From: Acidobacteriota bacterium
Lineage (GTDB): Bacteria; Acidobacteriota; Thermoanaerobaculia; Gp7-AA8
Direction of reading: 5' to 3'
Assembly (NCBI GenBank): GCA_019244185.1
Contig: JAFATB010000019.1
Coordinates: forward strand, 192,001-256,000
DNA length: 64,000 nucleotides
Below, in pieces: positions 57,315 through 64,000 of the stretch. The notes under the pieces are model-generated. The model was not told where the DNA came from. It saw only the letters and a list, made by a program, of their open reading frames with translations, and did no database searches. The stretch's first letter is position 1. Each line of letters starts with the position of its first letter. The translations under genes and the position numbers were made by a program.

Positions 57315-58906
57315 TTCGAACGGCTCCCGCTGAATTCGAAATTGCCGAGGGTCGTGCTGACGGTGCCGGAGATCGCATCGCCATCGAGCTTGCCGCGGAA
57401 CGCCCAGTCGGTCGCTTCCGCTCCGTTCTGCGCGTTCGCGGAGATGGTGAAGTCGAACGTCGTGCCGTCGAACGAGCCGCCGCGGATGTCGCCCGAGCCG
57501 CGATCTCCCGCGAACGTGCCGCTGAGATGTCCATCCTCGGAATGCAGCGTCACCGTGATGGCGACGCCGCCCTGCGGCGCGCGCACGGTGAGATTCCACG
57601 TGCCGTCGATCGGCGACGCCGCGCTCGGACCTTCTTTCTTGTCGTCCTTCGGCAGGCGGAGCTCGCGGCCGTCGACGAAGACGTGCGTGAGCTTCGCGTT
57701 CTTGTCGAAGAGCGGCCGGTCGCTGACGATGACGTTCGCGATCTTGCCGCGTTCGAGCGTGCCGAGCTGGCGGTCGACGCCGAAGATGCGCGCCGGCGCG
57801 ATCGTCGTCGCGCGCAATGCGTCGTCGGCGCTGAGGCCGTTCTCGATCGCCTTGCGGATGCCGGGCAGAAAGTCTCCCGCTTTGCCGGAGCCGCTGACGA
57901 GTGCGAACGCGGCGCCGCTCTTCGCCAGCGCGGCGGGCGAAGTCGGCGCGAGCTGGCGGTCGCGGATGATGCGCAGCGGCTGCTCGGCGCGATCGTCCTT
58001 GTCCGCCGGCGCGACCGGCCACTTCACGGAGACGAGCGTCGGAATGCTCTTCAGATCGTTCGCGATCGCATACGCCTGCCGCGCGCCGGAGAGCACGTAG
58101 CGCAGGTTGAACTCGCGCGCGATCGCCTGCGCGCGGCGCATCATCTCTTCGGAGTCGGCGACGAAGACGACCGGCACTTCGCCGCGCAGCACCGGCTGCA
58201 ACGCGTCGAGCGCGGCGTTCTCCGGCGGACGCTGCAGGCCCGCGGGATGACGCTCGTACGTCGCGCGCGCGGCGCCGTGCTGCTGCGCGTCGAGGAAGGT
58301 TTGCCGGATGTACGAGATGACGCCCATCAGGCTGTCCGGATACGTCCACGTCGGCCGCGTGTTGAACGCGATCTGCAGCGCCGCGGGACTCTTCACGACG
58401 CGCGAGTCCGCCGCGCCGCCGAGGTTGAGGACGACCGACTGGCCCTGAAAGATGCCGACGGACGGCGCGGTGACGATGGTCGTGACGCCGGTGGCGCGGC
58501 GCGCGTCGAGCTCGTCGTCGGAGAGCTTGACGTTGCGCATCGCGAGCGAGTCGGGCGACGGCTCCTGCGTGTCGTCGGACGTCTGCGCCGGACGGCGGCG
58601 TCCTTCGCTGCGCGCTGGCGCGGTGAAGCCGGCGGACGTCTGCGCGTCGATCAGGCCGGGATAGACGTGCGCGCCGCGCGCGTCGATCGACGTCGCATCC
58701 GGCGGCACGGCTACGTTCGCGCCGACGGCTTCGATGAGGCCGTTGCGGATGACGATGGTGCCGTTCGGGATGTCAGGACCGGCGACGGGATGGATGGTCG
58801 CGCCGGTGAGCGCGTACACGCCCGGCGCGTCGGCGCGGTCGTGCGGTGCTGCGAGAAGGGTTGCGATGAGAAGAAGCAGGACGGCGACGGTTCGCCGAGT
58901 CGGCAT
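57311..58906 (-). CDS. Secreted amidohydrolase-family protein with a C-terminal beta domain
   Basis: [27 protein letters not shown]. Confidence 0.9.
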   Translation of the reverse strand: MPTRRTVAVLLLLIATLLAAPHDRADAPGVYALTGATIHPVAGPDIPNGTIVIRNGLIEAVGANVAVPPDATSIDARGAHVYPGLIDAQTSAGFTAPARSEGRRRPAQTSDDTQEPSPDSLAMRNVKLSDDELDARRATGVTTIVTAPSVGIFQGQSVVLNLGGAADSRVVKSPAALQIAFNTRPTWTYPDSLMGVISYIRQTFLDAQQHGAARATYERHPAGLQRPPENAALDALQPVLRGEVPVVFVADSEEMMRRAQAIAREFNLRYVLSGARQAYAIANDLKSIPTLVSVKWPVAPADKDDRAEQPLRIIRDRQLAPTSPAALAKSGAAFALVSGSGKAGDFLPGIRKAIENGLSADDALRATTIAPARIFGVDRQLGTLERGKIANVIVSDRPLFDKNAKLTHVFVDGRELRLPKDDKKEGPSAASPIDGTWNLTVRAPQGGVAITVTLHSEDGHLSGTFAGDRGSGDIRGGSFDGTTFDFTISANAQNGAEATDWAFRGKLDGDAISGTVSTTLGNFEFSGSRSK

Positions 58907-58941
58907 GCTCACCTCCGGGTCGCGGATTCTATCCGCAACGT

Positions 58942-60657
58942 TCACGGATGCGCGACGCTGCGCCGCTTGACCGAGCCGACCGCGATCAGATGTCCCGCGT
59001 TCTGCGTGTAGATCCGCCCGCGCGCGTCGATCGAAAGCGGCGTGTACGCCGCGCCGAGGGCGACGTCGAGGAAGATGCTCGCGCGCTGGTGCCCGTTCGC
59101 GTCGATCGCGTAGAGCACGCCATCTTCACCATTGACGTAGGTGGTGCCGCTCGCATCGACCGCGGGCGCGTTGATGCACCACTCGAAGCCGTCGGGATGA
59201 TCGTCGACGCACGCGATGGTGCCGTCCGGCTGGCGCTCGCAGGTCCGCGTGTTCGTGCTCTTGAACTGCCACTCGACATGCAGCGACGGCGAGAGTCGCG
59301 TGATGAAGTACTGCTCGGGATCGTCGAGCGTGCGTCCGGCGGGACAGAAGCGCGGGTCGCCGCAGTACGAGCCGGTTTCGCCGTAGTGATTTTCTTTCGT
59401 GATCAGCGAGTAGCTCTGATCGTGCGACCAGATGGCGGGCATCGTGTCCCAGCCGAACGGATACGCGCCGAGGTATTCGCCGGTCGCGCTGAAATGCATC
59501 AGGTGCCCCTGCGAATAGTTGTAGCGCGTGTAGGCGCCGTAAAAGACGGAGCCGTCCGGCGCGACGATCGGACACGACGTCGAGCTGTCGTTGACGGTTC
59601 CCGCGCCCGGCGTGTTGTCGGTCGGATCGACGCCGGTGTGCGCGCCCTGGCGGCAGCCGCCGGGCGCGCCGTTCGGCGGCAGCAGGACGTTGCAGCCGTC
59701 GTTGAAACGGTCGCGCATCGACGTCGTCCACTTCCACGCGAGGTTGGCGCTCAACGCGGTGATGTACGCGTAGCGGCTGTTGAACTGCGCGCGCGACACG
59801 ACGTAGACCGTGCCGTCGCTCCCGAACGCCGGCGCCGTATTCACGCCGGGCCGCTGCGTGCCGCACGGCGCGGAGGGCGGAACCGCGTCGGGCGACGGCG
59901 GCCACGGAAGCGAGGTGGTGAACGCGGTCACGCAAGGAGCGGTCGCCGCGGGCGCACCGACGGCGAGACTGCTGTACGCAACGCGCGCGGTCGCGCCGGA
60001 TTGCGCCACCCGCACGAGCCACGATTGCGGCATGTCGCTCGTCCACGGATGGATGGTGTTGGGCTGCATCGCGTTGTAGTAGATGTCGCCCGCGGGACTG
60101 ATGACGAGCGGCCCCGAAACGTAGATGGTCGGATCGAACGACGGAAACGGATTGATGCGCTCCGCCGCCCCCGTCGCGCGATCGACGCGCAGAATCGTGC
60201 CCCCGGCCGCGGGCAGATAGACGGATTGCGCGGTGAGCGCCGGATGAAACACCGGCTCGAAGAACGGACCGGCACCGCCTTCCGCGGCCGGCACCGGCTT
60301 CCAGTCCGCCGGCGCGATCCACTGCTGCACGAGGTGGCCGTTGATCCAGCGCCGGTCGACGACGTTCCACGACTGCGTCTGCCAGTCGTCCGACGTGTAC
60401 TGGCCGCTCTTCATGACCATGTAGACGTCGTCGCCATCCGTGAGCGGCGCCTGAAAATGCGCGAGCAACGCGCCGCCGCTGTCCTGCAGCTCCGCGTCGA
60501 GGAACGGATCGTAGACGTAGTCGGCGAGGATCGCCGTGAGCGCCTGCCCGACCACGGGAGAGGAGCCGGTATGCTGCGGATCGCGACCCCACTGCGGCCA
60601 CTGCGCGTGCGCGGCGAGCGCGGTGTACACGACGAGGGCGAGCAGGGTTCGTCTCAT
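58942..60657 (-). CDS. Secreted PQQ-like beta-propeller protein with a KRRSVAHP tail
   Basis: Signal peptide, WPQWGRDPQHTG, repeated PA...DGT.Y blades. Confidence 0.85.
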   Translation of the reverse strand: MRRTLLALVVYTALAAHAQWPQWGRDPQHTGSSPVVGQALTAILADYVYDPFLDAELQDSGGALLAHFQAPLTDGDDVYMVMKSGQYTSDDWQTQSWNVVDRRWINGHLVQQWIAPADWKPVPAAEGGAGPFFEPVFHPALTAQSVYLPAAGGTILRVDRATGAAERINPFPSFDPTIYVSGPLVISPAGDIYYNAMQPNTIHPWTSDMPQSWLVRVAQSGATARVAYSSLAVGAPAATAPCVTAFTTSLPWPPSPDAVPPSAPCGTQRPGVNTAPAFGSDGTVYVVSRAQFNSRYAYITALSANLAWKWTTSMRDRFNDGCNVLLPPNGAPGGCRQGAHTGVDPTDNTPGAGTVNDSSTSCPIVAPDGSVFYGAYTRYNYSQGHLMHFSATGEYLGAYPFGWDTMPAIWSHDQSYSLITKENHYGETGSYCGDPRFCPAGRTLDDPEQYFITRLSPSLHVEWQFKSTNTRTCERQPDGTIACVDDHPDGFEWCINAPAVDASGTTYVNGEDGVLYAIDANGHQRASIFLDVALGAAYTPLSIDARGRIYTQNAGHLIAVGSVKRRSVAHP

Positions 60658-60732
60658 GGCCACGGAATCATACCCTTCGAAAATTGACTCGCCTCCGGCC
60701 CTTCGCTACCCTCATCCTCTCTCGGAGCCACC

Positions 60733-61965
60733 ATGGTCCTCTTCAACTACGCCACTAAAGAGATCACGGCCAAGATCGTCTATTACGGCCCCGGTCTCTG
60801 CGGCAAGACGACGAACCTGCAGTTCGTGTACGACTCGCTGCCGTCGAACAACAAGAGCAAGATGCTCTCGCTGGCGACGAAGACGGACCGCACGCTCTTC
60901 TTCGACTTCCTCCCTCTCGACCTCGGCAAGATCCGCGGCATGCGCACCAAGCTTCAGCTCTACACGGTGCCCGGCCAGGTCTACTACAACTCGACGCGCC
61001 AGCTCGTGCTCAAGGGCGCGGACGGAATCGTATTCGTCGCCGACAGCCAGGATTTTGCGCTCGATGCAAACCTCGAATCGATGCAGAACCTCGAGGACAA
61101 CCTCAAGCGCCAGGGCGTGCGCCTCCGCGAGATGCCGCTCGTCGTGCAGTACAACAAACGCGATCTCCCGAACGCGCTGCCGGTCGCCGAGATCGAGCGC
61201 GAGCTGAACAAGCAGAAGGTGCCGTCGTTCGAGTCGGTGGCGACGTCGGGACTCGGCGTCGAGGAAACGCTCAAAGGCATCACGCAGCTCGTGCTCGCCC
61301 ACCTCGTGAAAAAGTACGGACTCGAAGGCGCCGAGCCGCTCGAGCGCGAGATCCAGATCCTCAACGCACCCACCGCCGCACCCGCAACGTCGGAGTCGCT
61401 GTGGGACGACGACGACGAGCCGTTCGGCGCGCCCGCGACGCCGCCGCCCGCCCCGCGCGCACCCGCGGTATCCGCTGCATCCACCGCACCGGCTGCTGCC
61501 TCGCGACCTGCACCGCCGCCACCACCACCGCCCGCGCCGACGCTCTCGCCGTTCGCTCCCGTGAACGAGCCGGAGTTCGATCTCGACGACGCCGATCACG
61601 CGGCGAACGAGCACATCCCGCTCGTGGCCACGGAGCTCGTCGGCGGCGGCAGCGCGCTTCCCGAGCTTCCGCCGCTCGAGCCGTTCGGCCGCGACGCCGT
61701 CTCGGATTACTTCAACGCGGATCCGGTCGAGGTGCCGACGACGTCCATCGAGATCCCGCTGCCGCAGGGTCTTCTCGACTCGCTGCCGATCCTCGGCGAG
61801 CAACCCGCCGCGACGACCGTCGCCGCGCGTCCGCCGCAGGAACGCCGCGCGAACGACGGCCTCGTGAAGGAAGTAAGCATCCCGCTCAACCTGACGATGG
61901 ACGAGATCCGCCAGCATCGCCGCCTGCGCCTCAAGATCACGCTCGACGTGAATCTTTTGCCGTAG
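60733..61965 (+). CDS. MglA-like small GTPase with a Pro/Ala/acidic C-terminal extension
   Basis: KIVYYGPGLCGKTTNL, DRTLFFDFLPL, YTVPGQVYY, YNKRDLP. Confidence 0.92.
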   Translation: MVLFNYATKEITAKIVYYGPGLCGKTTNLQFVYDSLPSNNKSKMLSLATKTDRTLFFDFLPLDLGKIRGMRTKLQLYTVPGQVYYNSTRQLVLKGADGIVFVADSQDFALDANLESMQNLEDNLKRQGVRLREMPLVVQYNKRDLPNALPVAEIERELNKQKVPSFESVATSGLGVEETLKGITQLVLAHLVKKYGLEGAEPLEREIQILNAPTAAPATSESLWDDDDEPFGAPATPPPAPRAPAVSAASTAPAAASRPAPPPPPPPAPTLSPFAPVNEPEFDLDDADHAANEHIPLVATELVGGGSALPELPPLEPFGRDAVSDYFNADPVEVPTTSIEIPLPQGLLDSLPILGEQPAATTVAARPPQERRANDGLVKEVSIPLNLTMDEIRQHRRLRLKITLDVNLLP

Positions 61966-62947
61966 CCTGTTGTTCGTCTGCGATCACGGAGGAGTGGTCG
62001 AGTGGTTTAAGGCAGCGGTCTTGAAAACCGCCGTACGGGCAACCGTACCGTGGGTTCGAATCCCACCTCCTCCGCCAATCGCCGGTTTCCGCTGCTTGCT
62101 TGATGAGGTGGAAGGGCGAACGCATTCCAAAGTCGAGACTTCCGTCTCGCACGGTGCAGTTCGAAACGAGCAGTCGCAGCAACTTCGCTCGCTCGGGTGG
62201 TGATTGCGTAAGGTACTCATCACGTGCGGCTTGCAGGAGTTCGAACTGCTCGCGAGCTCGGTCAACCAACTCGTCCGTCGTCACGCACGGCACTTCGATG
62301 GCGAGCTGCGATCGTAGCCTCCGTTCTTCCTTCCGCCAGGCGTCGGAGCGCTCGCGCCAGAAACTCTCTGTGATGCGGCCGGTGAGCTTGTCCTCGTACG
62401 CCTGCGCCTGCAGACATGAAAGCTCCGTCAGGCGCGCCTGGGCGCGCGTGGCGCTTGCTGCTGCGGCGCTCCTCGTCTCGTCGTAGGAGGCCGCGAGGTC
62501 ATCGAGGAGCCAACTGCTCACCGCCTCGTCTACGGTGAGCGTCGTGAGGAGCGCGATGGTTTGCTCCTCGAAGGTGCGCTCCGGGTAGTACGTGCGCCGC
62601 TCGCACCCGGTGCAGAAGTAGTACGTGTACTTCCCCTTCTTCAGATCACCGCTGAGAAGACCGTTGCACGCGGCGCAGCGCAGGAGTCCGGCGAAGGTGA
62701 ACTCGTGCGCTCGCGTCTTGGGCTTGCTCCTGAAGCCGAGCGCGTACTGGACTTGGTCGAAGAGGTCGCGCGTGATGAGCGGCTCGTACTTACCCAGGTA
62801 CGTCGTGCCACCCCACGTGAACTCGCCCACGTACGCGGTGTGCTGGAGGATGCGCGCAAGCGCGCTCTTTTGGATGGGCGCGCCGTAGCGTCCGCGCAGG
62901 CCAAGGTCACGACCGATCTTCGCGTGCCATCGCGCAAGGTTGACCAC
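61937..62947 (-). pseudogene. Large serine recombinase, C-terminal part only; reads through the tRNA antisense
   Basis: ILQHTAYVG, GKYEPLITRDLFDQVQ, FAGLLRCAAC..YYFC zinc ribbon, coiled coil. No resolvase catalytic domain upstream. Confidence 0.8.
61988..62077 (+). tRNA. tRNA-Ser(TGA)
   Basis: GGAGGAG acceptor stem, anticodon stem GCGGT-CTTGAAA-ACCGC, long variable arm, GGTTCGAATCC, CCA end. Confidence 0.97.
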
Positions 62948-63183
62948 AGGTGCACCTCAAGGTCAGTGGCCTTGCGGAACTGCTGTGGTGCCGCCTCGTG
63001 AAAGTACTCCTCGAACGTCTCGGGAAGTTCTGTCGCGTCCGCGAGTGCTTCATCCAGGAGGCGCGGATTGAGCGCGTAGAGCTCGCGACGTCGCAGGTGG
63101 CGACGAACGACTTCTGCCTGCTCGTGCCGGGTGGCGATGGCCGCTTTCAGGCGCTCCTGTTTGGTGAGGTGAAACCATGACAT
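62641..63183 (-). CDS. Hypothetical protein; 3' part runs out of frame into the integrase remnant
   Basis: GAGGT RBS, MSWFHLTKQERLKAA...; sequence looks nonsensical after about 62920. Confidence 0.55.
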   Translation of the reverse strand: MSWFHLTKQERLKAAIATRHEQAEVVRRHLRRRELYALNPRLLDEALADATELPETFEEYFHEAAPQQFRKATDLEVHLWSTLRDGTRRSVVTLACADATARPSKRARLRASSSTPRTWASSRGVARRTWVSTSRSSRATSSTKSSTRSASGASPRRERTSSPSPDSCAAPRATVFSAVI

Positions 63184-63288
63184 GACCTCACTATCGCGTG
63201 GGTGCAGGTATATATCCACCACCTGACACACTGGTTACATCCCTCGTCGGGTGCTTTATAAGAACCTGAAGCGTCCCAATCGTGATGA

Positions 63289-64000
63289 ATGATGGGACAC
63301 AAGCACCTGCTGCAATTTCTCGGCATTCTCTACGACTCGCCCAAGGCGATGGGTATCGAGGAGTTTGCACGAACAAATCGGAGGTTCACGGCACGCTCCC
63401 TCTACCGCTGGCAAGCAGAGCTCAGCGACGATCTGCTCTTCTTCCCAAGCGTCGCGTTCCACTCTCTTGGGCTTTCGACCGTTCATCTCTTCATTGATGA
63501 TCCAGGTTCGGCGTGGCTGGAGTTTCCGTATGCGATCCGAGGCGAGTGGGTCGTCTCGCGGCCCGGCCAGCGCACGCTCTACCTGCACTGCCTCGTTCCC
63601 TGCGGCCACGAGCTGGAACTCGCTGGCGTCCTGCGCGACGCAGAAGGCATCACGGCAGCGAAGATCACCAGCATCGAGTCACGTGATGGCTGGCAGGTGC
63701 TGCGCGACTTCGGAAGCAATCCGCTCAGCCGCGCTCCAGCGGTCACTCGTGATCAGCACGTGTGGGACGTCGTAGAACGTCTCCCGCTCCTCATCGCCGT
63801 CATCTTCGAAAGTGTAGAGCACGGCCAGAGTCTGCCGGCGATCTGGGAATCGATCTACCAGCGTCTCGGCAAGCGAACGTGGGAGTACCTGCCACGCTTC
63901 GCCCGTCGGCTTCCGACGAACGGCAAGGCCTACGTGAAGGAATGCTTTGCACTGCTCAACCACACCGGCCTCTTTCGGCAGAACATCATCCGGTATCGGC
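63289..64000 (+). CDS. Hypothetical protein (possible tandem HTH/Lrp-like), 3' partial; not in the ORF track
   Basis: Open frame MMGHKHLLQFLGILYDSPK...RSLYRWQAEL...FPSVAFHSLGLSTVHLFI...LYLHCLVP... continuing to the window end. Confidence 0.75.
   Translation, partial: MMGHKHLLQFLGILYDSPKAMGIEEFARTNRRFTARSLYRWQAELSDDLLFFPSVAFHSLGLSTVHLFIDDPGSAWLEFPYAIRGEWVVSRPGQRTLYLHCLVPCGHELELAGVLRDAEGITAAKITSIESRDGWQVLRDFGSNPLSRAPAVTRDQHVWDVVERLPLLIAVIFESVEHGQSLPAIWESIYQRLGKRTWEYLPRFARRLPTNGKAYVKECFALLNHTGLFRQNIIRYR

Larger units (their letters stand above)
62078..64000. mobile_element. Second genomic island at the 3' end of tRNA-Ser (partial)
   Basis: Integrase remnant points at the tRNA and is followed by genes of atypical composition. 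Confidence 0.65.

Noticed and set aside
45536-60687. Very long overlapping ORFs (45536-49396, 51511-54414, 58948-60687 and others)
   Set aside because: Antisense or frame shadows of clear genes in high-GC DNA.
1-64000. CRISPR array, rRNA, reverse transcriptase or canonical integron
   Set aside because: No regularly spaced repeats, RT motifs, IntI-specific insertion or GTTRRRY attC array seen by eye.

Overview
GC-rich bacterial DNA; the gene content suggests Acidobacteriota (Thermoanaerobaculia-like), which is inference. The window has three blocks. (1) 1-36850: the right part of a large integrative element that ends in a duplicated 3' half of tRNA-Pro(GGG), its att site. It carries two VirD4/TraD-like ATPase + replication-relaxation modules, four tyrosine recombinases and an SSB/small-gene region with repeated hairpin motifs. 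Its cargo is a symporter/lycopene-cyclase-domain cassette, an ABC/methyltransferase/sulfotransferase/arginase operon, a dynamin-like pair and a helicase-nuclease. (2) 36851-62077: host chromosome with an MFS/XRE locus, UbiA plus a GT-C/terpene-cyclase-like fusion, a giant sulfotransferase-glycosyltransferase, cdd, trmFO, phospholipase C, a cobalamin riboswitch with a BtuB-like receptor, three amidohydrolases, an MglA-like GTPase and tRNA-Ser(TGA). (3) 62078-64000: the start of a second island, with a 5'-truncated large serine recombinase and two divergent genes with archaeal-looking TATA boxes. Strongest novel signals: (a) two short, catalytic-domain-only tyrosine recombinases, each followed right after its stop codon by its own 28-bp 11-6-11 palindromic site, with an inverted partner sharing the same 6-bp core. 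One pair brackets a 2.6-kb convergent gene cassette and the other brackets the recombinase gene itself, making both candidate DNA-inversion switches. (b) An exact bipartite motif GGTAGGGAA-N14-CACTCC upstream of four transcription units, three in the element and one in the host. Several single-base frameshifts are probably sequencing errors. All family calls are by motif recognition, not database search.
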